Source: Herpetosiphonaceae bacterium (GTDB lineage Bacteria > Chloroflexota > Chloroflexia > Chloroflexales > Herpetosiphonaceae). From it: a DNA stretch of 54,973 nucleotides. Positions 36,443 to 45,630 of this stretch are shown here, one piece after another (position 1 is the stretch's first letter; every line of letters begins with the position of its first letter). The position numbers and the translations under genes are program-made. The notes under the pieces were generated by a model. The model saw only the letters and a list, made by a program, of their open reading frames with translations. It had not been told where the DNA came from and did no database searches. Location: the NCBI GenBank assembly GCA_013538855.1, contig JABXJS010000091.1, forward strand, positions 1 to 54,973, read 5' to 3'.

Positions 36443-38527
36443 ATGACCAAGGCCTTCCCTCACGAACCAGCCCCCGTCGGCGTGATGACCGACCCTAGCC
36501 TGTTCATCAATCGTGAGCTAAGCGCACTTAAATTTCACCAGCGTGTGTTTGAAGAGGCGCTCGACGATACCCTGCCGCTGCTGGAGCGGGTAAAGTTTTT
36601 GTCTATATTTAGCTCAAACCTCGATGAGTTTTTCATGATTCGGGTCTCAGGCATCAAGGAGCAGATCGCTGCCGGCGTCGTCGAGCGCTCGCCAGACGGG
36701 ATGACGCCACGCGAGCAGCTCAAGGCCATCCGCGAGATCGTCCTGCCAATGATGGAGCAGCAGCGCTACTGCTTCAATCACGATCTCTCGCCGCGCCTGG
36801 AGCATGCGGGCATTTTCATCCGCGACTACGACCAGCTCTCTGCGGCGCAGCAGGCGTGGCTGCGCAGCTACTTTGATACCGAGATCTTCCCTGTGCTCAC
36901 TCCACTGGCCTTCGACCCAGGCCATCCGTTCCCGCATATCTCCAACCTCAGCCTCAATCTGGCGGTCGTGATTCACGATCATCATCACAGCGAGCAGTTT
37001 GCCCGGCTGAAGGTGCCCTCGTCGCTGCCACGGCTCGTGGCCCTGCCCTGCGATGAGAGTAGCACCGTCTGCTACACGTGGCTGGAGCAAATCATCAATG
37101 CCAATATCAGCATGCTGTTTCCGGGCCTCGATGTCGTCGAAGCCTACTACTTCCGCGTCATCCGCAATGCTGATATGGAGATCGAGGAGGACGAGGCGGC
37201 CGATCTGCTCCAAACGATCGAGCAGGGTGTGCGCCAGCGCCGCTTCGGCTCTGTCGTCAAGCTCTCGGTGCAGTCGACAATGCCTGCGCGCATTGTGCAG
37301 CTGCTGATCAAAAACCTTGATGTGGAGGCCGAAGATGTCTATCAACTCAACGGCCCACTTGATCTTAGCAGCCTCATGGTGCTTACAAAGCTTGAGCGGC
37401 CCGAGCTGAAAGACCCGCCCTTTATGCCGCTCATCCCGCCTGTGCTCTCCACCGGCGAGGATATCTTCTCGATTATCCGCCGCCGCGATATCCTGCTGCA
37501 CCACCCATACGACTCGTTCAACCCGGTCGTCGACTTCCTTGAGGCGGCGGCCCGCGACCCACACGTGCTGGCGATCAAACAAACGCTCTACCGCGTGGGC
37601 AGCAACTCACCGATCGTGCGCGCACTGCTCCGCGCCCGTGAGCATGGCAAGCAGGTAGCCGTGCTGGTCGAGCTTAAGGCGCGCTTCGATGAGGAAAACA
37701 ACATCGAGTGGGCGCGGGCACTGGAGCGCGAGGGCGTCCACGTGGTCTATGGCTTAGTTGGATTAAAGACCCACTGCAAAATTGCGCTCGTCGTGCGCAA
37801 AGAGCGCGAGAGCGTTGTGCGCTACCTCCATGTTGGCACTGGCAACTATAACGCGGTCACGGCTCACATCTACACCGACCTCGGACTGCTCACCTGCCGA
37901 CCGGATTTTGGAGCCGACGCATCGGAGCTGTTCAACTACTTGACAGGCTACTCGCGTCAAAAGCAGTATCGTAAGCTGTGGATCGCGCCAATCTCCCTGC
38001 GCGAAAACCTACGCATGTTGATCGAGCGCGAGATCGAACACCAGCTATCCGGCCAACAGGGCCTGCTCTTCTTTAAGATGAACGCACTCGTCGATCCTGA
38101 GATGATTAGCTTGCTATACCGCGCCTCACAGGCAGGCGTGGAGGTACGGCTGCTGGTGCGTGGCCTGTGCTGTCTGCGGCCGGGCCTGCCGGGCATCAGC
38201 GAGACCATCTGCGTGAAAAGCATCGTCGGTCGGTTTCTGGAACATAGCCGCATCTACTATGCGCGCAATGCTGGCGCAGAAACACTCTACATGGGCAGCG
38301 CTGATCTGATGCAGCGCAACCTTGATCGGCGGGTCGAGGTGCTGGTTCCAATCGAGGACCAGTCGATGCTGACGCTGCTGCGCGACGAGGTGCTGGAAAC
38401 TATGTGGCGTGACACAGCCCAGTCGCGCGAGCTGCTGCCGAGCGGGCTATACTACTGCAATCAGCCCGCGCTCGGCACGCCGCTGTTCGATAGTCAGATG
38501 GCACTGCTTGGCAGTCGAGGCGCATAG
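36443..38527 (+). CDS. ppk: Polyphosphate kinase 1
   Basis: 694 aa. PPK1 N-terminus (...LFINRELSALKFHQRVFEEA...RVKFLSIFSSNLDEFFMIRV...). Two PLD-like HKD-containing C-terminal domains (...THCKIALVVR..., ...EHSRIYYARN...). Confidence 0.9.
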   Translation: MTKAFPHEPAPVGVMTDPSLFINRELSALKFHQRVFEEALDDTLPLLERVKFLSIFSSNLDEFFMIRVSGIKEQIAAGVVERSPDGMTPREQLKAIREIVLPMMEQQRYCFNHDLSPRLEHAGIFIRDYDQLSAAQQAWLRSYFDTEIFPVLTPLAFDPGHPFPHISNLSLNLAVVIHDHHHSEQFARLKVPSSLPRLVALPCDESSTVCYTWLEQIINANISMLFPGLDVVEAYYFRVIRNADMEIEEDEAADLLQTIEQGVRQRRFGSVVKLSVQSTMPARIVQLLIKNLDVEAEDVYQLNGPLDLSSLMVLTKLERPELKDPPFMPLIPPVLSTGEDIFSIIRRRDILLHHPYDSFNPVVDFLEAAARDPHVLAIKQTLYRVGSNSPIVRALLRAREHGKQVAVLVELKARFDEENNIEWARALEREGVHVVYGLVGLKTHCKIALVVRKERESVVRYLHVGTGNYNAVTAHIYTDLGLLTCRPDFGADASELFNYLTGYSRQKQYRKLWIAPISLRENLRMLIEREIEHQLSGQQGLLFFKMNALVDPEMISLLYRASQAGVEVRLLVRGLCCLRPGLPGISETICVKSIVGRFLEHSRIYYARNAGAETLYMGSADLMQRNLDRRVEVLVPIEDQSMLTLLRDEVLETMWRDTAQSRELLPSGLYYCNQPALGTPLFDSQMALLGSRGA

Positions 38528-39501
38528 TGCGACCACGGAGCTGCTGGTGGCGCATCGCTGTTGGGTGGATCTGGCTCCTGGTAGTCCTAGAGCTAGCGGT
38601 CCATACGCCTCTCCAGCAGCACTGGCCGCTCAATCTGCTCAATGTCCTACAGCCTTGGTGGGCTATTCCGCTGCTGCCCGGTTTGCTCGTCGTGTGGCAC
38701 ACGCCGCGCTGGCGCTGGACGACGCTTGTGCTGCTAGCCGCTTGGGGCATCGGCTACAGCCCACGCTGGTTTCCACCAACCACTGGCGGAGCGCCAAGCC
38801 TGCGCATCCTCACCTGGAATGTCTGGGGCCGCAACACCGACGCAGCGAACCTGATCAGCATTATCGAGCATGAGCAGCCCGATATCATCGCGCTGCAAGA
38901 GGTTGACGAGCAGCTCCGCCAACCGCTCGTCGCCGCCCTGTCCGCGACCTACCCGTTCTATGAGGTGCGGCTGCCAACTGAGCCTGGTCTACAGCCCAGC
39001 GATTTGGCGCTGTTCAGCCGCTATCCATACATCAGCGCCCCCATCGACTGCCCCTACTGGCGCTGTTATCGCCGAGCGGTTACAATGCAGCTTGGCAACC
39101 AAGCGCTTACCTTCATCAATGTGCACATCGAGCGCTCGCCACAGGCAACGCTCAGCATCAGCGGCCTCACTATTCCGCTCAGCCTGTCCACCATACGTGA
39201 GGACACGGTCATCGCTGAGCTGCTGCGCGCTACACAGCCTGAGCAATCCGTGATTATCGTCGGTGACTTCAACACAACCGAGCGCCAGGCGGGCTATACA
39301 AGGCTCACAACACAGTTTCACGATAGCTGGCGCGAGAGTGGTGTTGGCATGGGCTTTACCTGGCCTGATCGCTGGTTCTTACCGGAGCTTGTGCGCATCG
39401 ACTATGTCTGGCATAGCGCAGCTTGGCAGTCCATCAGCGCACACACAGGCAGCGGGGCCTCCGATCACCGCTATCTCATGGTGGCCTTAAGCCAGCGCTA
39501 G
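38527..39501 (+). CDS. Endonuclease/exonuclease/phosphatase (EEP) family protein with N-terminal TM helices
   Basis: ...LRILTWNVWG...IIALQEVDE..., ...VIIVGDFNTTE..., ...SDHRYLMVAL... EEP catalytic motifs. GTG start overlaps the ppk stop. Confidence 0.75.
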   Translation: MRPRSCWWRIAVGWIWLLVVLELAVHTPLQQHWPLNLLNVLQPWWAIPLLPGLLVVWHTPRWRWTTLVLLAAWGIGYSPRWFPPTTGGAPSLRILTWNVWGRNTDAANLISIIEHEQPDIIALQEVDEQLRQPLVAALSATYPFYEVRLPTEPGLQPSDLALFSRYPYISAPIDCPYWRCYRRAVTMQLGNQALTFINVHIERSPQATLSISGLTIPLSLSTIREDTVIAELLRATQPEQSVIIVGDFNTTERQAGYTRLTTQFHDSWRESGVGMGFTWPDRWFLPELVRIDYVWHSAAWQSISAHTGSGASDHRYLMVALSQR

Positions 39502-39526
39502 CGCGTAGCGCAAAAAGGAAGTAGCA

Positions 39527-40879
39527 ATGACGACAACAGCCCATACGAATCTACCGCCAGGCTCCCATGGCCTGCCCTTGCTTGGCGAAACGCTGACGTT
39601 TCTCATCGATCCAAAGTTTATTGTGCGCCGCAAGGAGCGCTATGGCAACGTCTTTCGCACCCATTTGCTGGGCCAGCCGACAGTGGTTGTCATCGGGCCA
39701 GAGGCTGCTCGCAGCGTGCTCTCAAGCTCGATGGACGCCTTTTCTTGGGGTCAAGGCTGGCCCGACACATTCCAGACCTTGCTTGGCGAGTCGCTGTTCG
39801 TGCAGGATGGGCCTGAGCATGCCAAAAATCGGCGCTTAATTATGCCCGCCTTTCATGGCCGCGCCCTGGCTGGCTACTTTGATACGATGAATCGCACCAT
39901 GCTGCGCTACTTGCAGGCATGGGAGCAGCAGCGGGAGTTCGCCTGGTTCATAGAGAACAAAAAGCTCACCTTTGATATCGCCAGCCAGCTGTTAATGGGC
40001 AGTAAGTCTGGCGACGATGTTGCGCGCCTCAGCCAACTCTTCAGTGATCTTACCAACGGATTCTTTGTGCTGCGGCGCTCACGTCAGCGCTGGACGCGCT
40101 TTGGACGCGCACTAGCCGCACGCGACGCGCTGCTCAAGCATATTGCCGCTGTTATTCAGCAGCGGCGCGAAAATCCGACCAACGATGCGCTTAGCCTGCT
40201 GCTGCAAGCACGTGATGAGGATGGCAACCAGCTCACCGAGCGCGAGATTATGGTGCAGAGTCTGCTGCTGCTCTTCGCTGGCCATGAGACATCAACCTCG
40301 ATGATTACCAGCCTGTGTCTAGAGCTAGCCCGCCATCCGCAGGTGCTCGCCCGTGCGAGGGCAGAGCAGCAAGCGCTCGCCGCCGAAGGTGAACTCAGCC
40401 TAGATCAGCTTGGACGCATGCCCTATCTTGAGCAGATACTCCGTGAGATCGAGCGTCTGCATCCACCAGTGGCGGGCGGCTTCCGTGGCGTAACCAGGCC
40501 GGTTGAAATCGAAGGCTACACTATTCCAGCCGGAACACGTGTGATCTACTCCATTCTCGGCACACATACCGCAGCGCACATCTATCCAGAGCCAGAGCGG
40601 TTTGATCCAGATCGCTTTGCGCCAGGCCGCGAGGAGCACAAACAGCAAGCGTTTAGCCTGATCGGCTTTGGTGGTGGCCCCCGCATTTGCGTCGGCATGG
40701 CCTTTGCCCAGATGGAGATGAAAATGCTTGCGGCGCACCTGCTGCGGACCTATCAGTGGGATATCTTGCCTGGACAAGACACCACAATGGCGCTTGTGCC
40801 CACCCGTCGGCCAAAGGATAATCTACGCGTTTACTTCCGCTACTGGCACTCAAAAAGCCTCGAACTGACAAACGATTAA
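39527..40879 (+). CDS. Cytochrome P450 (CYP120-like)
   Basis: N-terminal PPGSHGLPLLGETL. ExxR (EIERL). Heme-binding loop FGGGPRICVGMAFA. I-helix AGHETS. Confidence 0.9.
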   Translation: MTTTAHTNLPPGSHGLPLLGETLTFLIDPKFIVRRKERYGNVFRTHLLGQPTVVVIGPEAARSVLSSSMDAFSWGQGWPDTFQTLLGESLFVQDGPEHAKNRRLIMPAFHGRALAGYFDTMNRTMLRYLQAWEQQREFAWFIENKKLTFDIASQLLMGSKSGDDVARLSQLFSDLTNGFFVLRRSRQRWTRFGRALAARDALLKHIAAVIQQRRENPTNDALSLLLQARDEDGNQLTEREIMVQSLLLLFAGHETSTSMITSLCLELARHPQVLARARAEQQALAAEGELSLDQLGRMPYLEQILREIERLHPPVAGGFRGVTRPVEIEGYTIPAGTRVIYSILGTHTAAHIYPEPERFDPDRFAPGREEHKQQAFSLIGFGGGPRICVGMAFAQMEMKMLAAHLLRTYQWDILPGQDTTMALVPTRRPKDNLRVYFRYWHSKSLELTND

Positions 40880-40939
40880 GAAGTCGTTGTGTTATAATTC
40901 ACAGGTCGATTCACAGATTTTCATGGAGGAACGAGCGCA

Positions 40940-41833
40940 ATGCATGTCAAGCGCTACAAGACGTTTGCTGCTGGCCTAATGCTGGCGGCAGTGCTCACTG
41001 GCTGCGGTGGCGGGGCTGCCGATACCAATGTCGGCGTGTTCCAAGGTGCCCCCGACGAGCCAATTCCTGGCGGTGGGGCAAGCACTGGCTCAGGTGGCAA
41101 TGCACTAGTTGTTGATAGTGGGGAGGCCGCCAACCTCACCTTTCAGCAGGAAGACCTGACCGCCTCAACCGGCACAGTCGAGCTGACGTTCAATAACAAA
41201 GGCTCACTGCCGCACAACTGGACCTTGATCAAGCCCGGCGATCTTGAGGCCGCCGTGCAACAGGCCCAAGATGCTGGTGCGCCCGACTACAAGTCGGAGA
41301 TTGCGCTCGCGCAGACGGCCACGATTGATGGCGGCAAATCCGACACCATCACGTTCGATATTAGCGAGCCAGGCACCTACGAGTTTATCTGCACCTTCCC
41401 TGGCCATGCAGCGGCGGGCATGGTCGGCACGCTGACGGTTGTTGCCGACGAGGGCGCATCGCCTGGTGGCGAGGTTTCCAGCGGCGCGAGCAGCACGCTC
41501 ACCTCCAACTCTGCCGATGCGGCCAACCTGGCGTTTGCCGAGACAGAGCTTGAGGCCGATGCTGGTGATGTCACGCTAACGTTTAACAATAAGGGCAGCA
41601 TTCCGCACAACTGGACGCTGGTTAAGCAAGGCGAAGAGCAGCAGGCGATCGACGAGTCGCAGGGCAACGCGCCCGACTACAAGGCTCCGAGTGCCATCGC
41701 TCAAACCGCCACCATCAACGGCGGCGAGTCCGACACGATCACCTTTAATCTGGCACCAGGCACCTACGAGTTTATCTGCACCTTCCCTGGCCACTATGCC
41801 GCAGGGATGAAGGGAACGCTGGTCGTTAAATAA
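40940..41833 (+). CDS. Lipoprotein with two tandem type-1 copper (cupredoxin, auracyanin/azurin-like) domains
   Basis: Lipobox LTGC. Each half carries HNWTL(I/V)K ... EFICTFPGH(A/Y)AAGM(V/K)G, i.e. the His, Cys, His, Met ligand set. The halves are ~75% identical at both protein and DNA level. Confidence 0.8.
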   Translation: MHVKRYKTFAAGLMLAAVLTGCGGGAADTNVGVFQGAPDEPIPGGGASTGSGGNALVVDSGEAANLTFQQEDLTASTGTVELTFNNKGSLPHNWTLIKPGDLEAAVQQAQDAGAPDYKSEIALAQTATIDGGKSDTITFDISEPGTYEFICTFPGHAAAGMVGTLTVVADEGASPGGEVSSGASSTLTSNSADAANLAFAETELEADAGDVTLTFNNKGSIPHNWTLVKQGEEQQAIDESQGNAPDYKAPSAIAQTATINGGESDTITFNLAPGTYEFICTFPGHYAAGMKGTLVVK

Positions 41834-41846
41834 TGCTTGGCCTAGG

Positions 41847-41898
41847 CTAAAAAACCAGACCGGCCCGATCTGTACTCAGCAGATCGGGCCGGTCTGTG
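41847..41898. terminator. Bidirectional terminator between the cupredoxin gene (+) and the HMG-CoA lyase gene (-)
   Basis: Perfect 17-bp inverted repeat ccagaccggcccgatctg...cagatcgggccggtctg. An A6 run on the plus strand gives a T-run for the minus-strand transcript. Confidence 0.6.
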
Positions 41899-41914
41899 TT
41901 GGCAAAGGTTGCCC

Positions 41915-42886
41915 CTAGCTGGCGTAGAGCGCCTTTGCTGCGGCCCGCCAAGGCCGCGGCTCGCCGTTGGGAATATGGCCACAGATACCAGCTTTGATGA
42001 CTTGGCCGGGCACCTCGTGGCCGAGCAACTCCTCGACGCGGCGGGCGCACTCGACCAACTTTGGCAGATTAAGGCCAGTGTCGATACCCATCTCGTGCAG
42101 CATATGCACAGCATCTTCAGTGCAGATATTGCCAGGTGCGCCAGGCGCAAATGGACAGCCGCCGATGCCACCAAGGCTTGCATCGAAGCGATCCACGCCA
42201 ACCTCTAGCGCGGCCAAAACATTGGCGAGGCCTGCGCCGCGGGCGCTATGCGGATGCAGGCGCAGCGGCACCTGAGGAAAGCGCTCGCGAATACCAAGAA
42301 TGATTGCTTGCACCAAGCGTGGATGGGCCATGCCCGTTGTATCGCCGAGGGTAATCTGTTCTGCGCCCATAGCTAACAGGCGCTCGATAATCAGCAGCAC
42401 CCGCTCCAAAGGTACATCGCCCTCAAAGGGACAGCCGAACACCACAGACAGGACCGCCTCAAAAGAGATTGCGGACTCCTTGAGGGTGTGGGCAATATCG
42501 GCAGCGGCGCTCAACGAGTCCGCGATGCTCATCTTGACATTGGACTGATTGTGGCTTTCGGATGTGCTAAGAAACACCTGCACCGCGTCGGCGCGGGCGG
42601 CAATCGCACGCTGGGCACCCTTTAAGTTTGGTGCGATGGCGCTATAGATCACGCCTGGTCGGCGCTCGATCTGCGCAAACACCTCGGCAGTATCGGCCAT
42701 TTGCGGCACAAAGCGTGGATGCACAAAAGAACCGACCTCAATCTGTTTGATGCCGGTATCATTCAGGGCGTTGATCAACGCAATTTTTTGCGCAGTTGTC
42801 AACATACGATCTTCATTTTGCAGCCCATCGCGGGGACCAACCTCGCGAATACTGACAGTGTTGGGCAGATTTGTCAGCGGAATCAT
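41915..42886 (-). CDS. Hydroxymethylglutaryl-CoA lyase (HMGL-like TIM-barrel)
   Basis: ...VSIREVGPRDGLQNE... DRE-TIM signature. ...GVDRFDASLGGIGGCPFAPGAPGN... C-terminal motif. The ATG at 42886 has RBS aaggag. The longer track ORF to 42922 is not supported. Confidence 0.85.
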   Translation of the reverse strand: MIPLTNLPNTVSIREVGPRDGLQNEDRMLTTAQKIALINALNDTGIKQIEVGSFVHPRFVPQMADTAEVFAQIERRPGVIYSAIAPNLKGAQRAIAARADAVQVFLSTSESHNQSNVKMSIADSLSAAADIAHTLKESAISFEAVLSVVFGCPFEGDVPLERVLLIIERLLAMGAEQITLGDTTGMAHPRLVQAIILGIRERFPQVPLRLHPHSARGAGLANVLAALEVGVDRFDASLGGIGGCPFAPGAPGNICTEDAVHMLHEMGIDTGLNLPKLVECARRVEELLGHEVPGQVIKAGICGHIPNGEPRPWRAAAKALYAS

Positions 42887-42952
42887 CGTTGACTCCTTGT
42901 GTGAAGTGATACAACTAGTCAAAGGGCGCTGACGTAATCAGCGCCCACGCTT

Positions 42953-43696
42953 TTAGCGACCTTTGGCCGGGAAGATAACTATTTTTCGATTCTCGCCCTC
43001 GCCGGAGCTTTCCGTATAGACGCTGTCATCGTTGCGCAGAGTCATATGAATAACGCGCCGCTCATAGGCGCTCATCGGCTCAAGCGGGATAGCGCGGCCG
43101 GACTGGCGTACGCGCTCGGCCATCCGATGGGCTAAGCCTTCGAGCGAGTCCTGGCGGCGCTGGCGATACTGACCGATGTCGATCACGACCTGCGGCCAAT
43201 GGCCAGACTGCCGATGGATCAACAGGTTGAGCATATACTGGAGTGATCGAAGTGTTTCCCCGCGCCGACCAATGATCAAGCCCGTTGTTTCCTCATCGAC
43301 ACCCTCGATGTGCAGCGTAACTGTTTGTTCCGGCTCGCCCTCGCGGTTCTCTGCAGCCTGGACCACGGGGGTCACAAACCCACGAATATCCATGTGCTGC
43401 AAGAGATTTTCGAGAATCGAGCGCGCCTGCGCGATGATCTCTTCAGTTGGCAGCTGACGCCGTCGGCGCGACACAGCGCTATCGGGCGCATCAACAGCAT
43501 CGTCAGCATCGTCCAAATCAAGCTCTAGCTCATCGTCAAACTCTTCAGGCACACTTACGCGTACAAGCGCAGAGTCAGCGGTTTGCGCAAGAACCTCGAT
43601 CAGGGCTTCGTCTTCATCGCGTCCAAGTTGATCCAAGGCTTGAGCCACAGCTTCGGCCACTGTGGCGGCACGTACTTCGATTTTTTGCATCGCCAT
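42953..43696 (-). CDS. jag: Jag/KhpB RNA-binding protein (Jag_N, KH, R3H)
   Basis: C-terminal R3H domain (...MSAYERRVIHMTLRNDDSVYTESSGEGENRKIVI...). Lies immediately downstream of yidC. Confidence 0.8.
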   Translation of the reverse strand: MAMQKIEVRAATVAEAVAQALDQLGRDEDEALIEVLAQTADSALVRVSVPEEFDDELELDLDDADDAVDAPDSAVSRRRRQLPTEEIIAQARSILENLLQHMDIRGFVTPVVQAAENREGEPEQTVTLHIEGVDEETTGLIIGRRGETLRSLQYMLNLLIHRQSGHWPQVVIDIGQYRQRRQDSLEGLAHRMAERVRQSGRAIPLEPMSAYERRVIHMTLRNDDSVYTESSGEGENRKIVIFPAKGR

Positions 43697-43731
43697 GCTT
43701 TGCGTCTCCAGATGCAGAACCGGGCTAAGGC

Positions 43732-44637
43732 TTAGCGGCGCTTCTTCTTGGCCGTGTTGATCTGATCGTGCACATCAGATAGGGCTTGCTCCATTGCGAC
43801 ATCGCCGCCAGATGTGGCACCGACAGCATCGGGCAAAGGCTCTTGAAGTTTCGACAAGACCGTCCAGAAATCGCGGCGCTGGACCTCGGGCACGTCCGGT
43901 TCATCTTCGCTGGGCGTTTCTTCGACTGGCACTGGAGTTAAGAAGCCAGTGCGCTCAGGCAAGAACGGCAGGTACTTGGGAAGCACACCCAGGCCCGTCG
44001 TAAAGAATTGCTGGATCATTGCGATCACTGAGCCGGTGATCATATACAGCACTGCACCAGCGGGGATGGTGAAGGCAAACCAGCCAAACATCAAGGGCAT
44101 AAACAGCATCACGCGCTGCATCTGCGCTTGGTTGGGATCCGTCTGGCGCGGCATCGCCATAAGCTGCACAATATACTGGAAGATCACCGAGAGAATTGGC
44201 AGAATATAGTATGGATCGTGGCCGCTGAGACCAGCAGCGGCATTGGGGGTGAGCGAAGGAATCCACAGGAAGGGAAACGCCTCGGCCGTCACCGCGCCTT
44301 GAAACTGGCTGATTGCACGCCACACACCAAACAAGATCGGCAGCGTAATAATCAGCGGCAGACAGCCCGAAACCGGGTTAGCACCATGCTGCTGATACAG
44401 CTTCATGGTTTCTTGGGTCAATTTTTCACGATCTTTGCCGTATTTACGCTGCAGCTCGCGAATTTTTGGCTGCAGGAGCATGGTTTTCTTCTGCGAGCGC
44501 AGCTGCTTAAGCGTTAGCGGCAAAATCAGCACACGGGTCAGGATTGTAAAGATAATAATCGCGACCCCTAGGTTCCCAAACCAGTTGTAGAGTGCCACGA
44601 GTATGGGTAGCAACAAACGGCCAATTGCATCAAACAT
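43732..44637 (-). CDS. yidC: Membrane protein insertase YidC/Oxa1 (short, Gram-positive type)
   Basis: ...NLGVAIIIFTILTRVLILPLTLKQLRSQKKTMLLQPKIRELQRKYGKD...QQHGANPVSGCLPLIITLPILFGVW... is a canonical YidC core. Confidence 0.9.
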   Translation of the reverse strand: MFDAIGRLLLPILVALYNWFGNLGVAIIIFTILTRVLILPLTLKQLRSQKKTMLLQPKIRELQRKYGKDREKLTQETMKLYQQHGANPVSGCLPLIITLPILFGVWRAISQFQGAVTAEAFPFLWIPSLTPNAAAGLSGHDPYYILPILSVIFQYIVQLMAMPRQTDPNQAQMQRVMLFMPLMFGWFAFTIPAGAVLYMITGSVIAMIQQFFTTGLGVLPKYLPFLPERTGFLTPVPVEETPSEDEPDVPEVQRRDFWTVLSKLQEPLPDAVGATSGGDVAMEQALSDVHDQINTAKKKRR

Positions 44638-44670
44638 GCGCGTCCCTTATGTTATGTATTTGCTGTTCGA

Positions 44671-44877
44671 CTAGGGAACAGGATCATAGCCACCTTTTGC
44701 CCACGGGTGACAGCGCAAAATCCGTTTGACTGTCATCCAGCCACCCTTCAGAGCACCATATTTGGCAATCGCCTCATACCCATACTGGGAGCAGGTGGGA
44801 GTGTAAATGCAGCTTGGTGGTGTATAGCGACTGAAGCGTTGATATAGGCGTATGAGCGCCAACAAAAGCCGACGCAT
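44671..44877 (-). CDS. yidD: Membrane protein insertion efficiency factor YidD
   Basis: 68 aa. ...[52 protein letters not shown]... is the YidD signature. Confidence 0.85.
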   Translation of the reverse strand: MRRLLLALIRLYQRFSRYTPPSCIYTPTCSQYGYEAIAKYGALKGGWMTVKRILRCHPWAKGGYDPVP

Positions 44878-44881
44878 CGGC

Positions 44882-45244
44882 CTATTCCTTTTCTATCTCG
44901 CTGGCGAGAGGTCGCCAAAGGCTGGCCCGCAACAACAGTGACTGAACGGCTACTTGCACCTCGGACCATGTTGCTGCTGTCATACCAGCCCGGACGATAA
45001 ACACAAGATCCCAACCGGGAGCAACCTGATTGGCAATCAGCCGCAGCGCTTCACGCACGCGGCGCTTGGATCGATTACGTTGAACCGCGCCGCCGATTGC
45101 TCGCCCCACGACAATGCCATAGCGTGTTCGGTTGGTTCGATTAGGATACGCACCCAAAATAAGCAGCGGGTGCGCCCATGAGCGACCGCCTTCGCGCACA
45201 CGGCGAAAATCGCGCGGTGAACGAAGGCGTAGTGAGCGCTGCAC
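44882..45244 (-). CDS. rnpA: Ribonuclease P protein component
   Basis: 120 aa, basic. ...[15 protein letters not shown]..., ...[12 protein letters not shown]... RnpA motifs. GTG start. Confidence 0.85.
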   Translation of the reverse strand: MQRSLRLRSPRDFRRVREGGRSWAHPLLILGAYPNRTNRTRYGIVVGRAIGGAVQRNRSKRRVREALRLIANQVAPGWDLVFIVRAGMTAATWSEVQVAVQSLLLRASLWRPLASEIEKE

Positions 45245-45246
45245 AA

Positions 45247-45420
45247 CTAGCGGTGTCCACCACGAACTGGACGCGGCTTATCGCTAACGGTCAGCTTCCA
45301 ACGCCCTTTTTGACGGCGGGCCTTCAGAACATTACGGCCCGTGCGGGTGCTCATGCGCTCCAAAAATCCATGCGTTCGACGCCGCTTGCGGCGCTTCGGC
45401 TGCCATGTGCGCTTTGGCAT
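45247..45420 (-). CDS. rpmH: 50S ribosomal protein L34 (with ~12-aa C-terminal extension)
   Basis: Not in the ORF track (<60 aa). Translated manually from the minus strand: [60 protein letters not shown] aggagg before the ATG. The stop lies 2 nt before the rnpA start. Confidence 0.8.
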   Translation of the reverse strand: MPKRTWQPKRRKRRRTHGFLERMSTRTGRNVLKARRQKGRWKLTVSDKPRPVRGGHR

Positions 45421-45630
45421 TGATCATGTCCTCCTGGTCAAAACAAAAGCGCGCACGCACGCGCTTCCTTGTTGCGATAGCAATTACAGCAGCGCGTCAA
45501 CATTTTGGACGCGCTAGATGCTGTATTATACTGGTAAATTTCGCGGAGTGTCAAATGCTTGCACCACCATAAGGGGTGTAGTATCATCTTTCCAAACCTG
45601 CTTGCAATGCTGCATCAGGGAGGGGGTACC

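Noticed and set aside
36647-37582. 311-aa minus-strand ORF inside ppk1
   Set aside because: It is antisense to a strongly supported PPK1 CDS and has no RBS.
41915-42922. Longer HMG-CoA lyase ORF starting at 42922 (MTSCITSHKEST...)
   Set aside because: The internal ATG at 42886 has a perfect aaggag RBS, and the family N-terminus begins at MIPLTNL.
45421-45630. oriC / DnaA-box cluster next to rpmH
   Set aside because: No TTATCCACA-like 9-mers are visible and dnaA is not adjacent. The region looks like an ordinary divergent promoter spacer.
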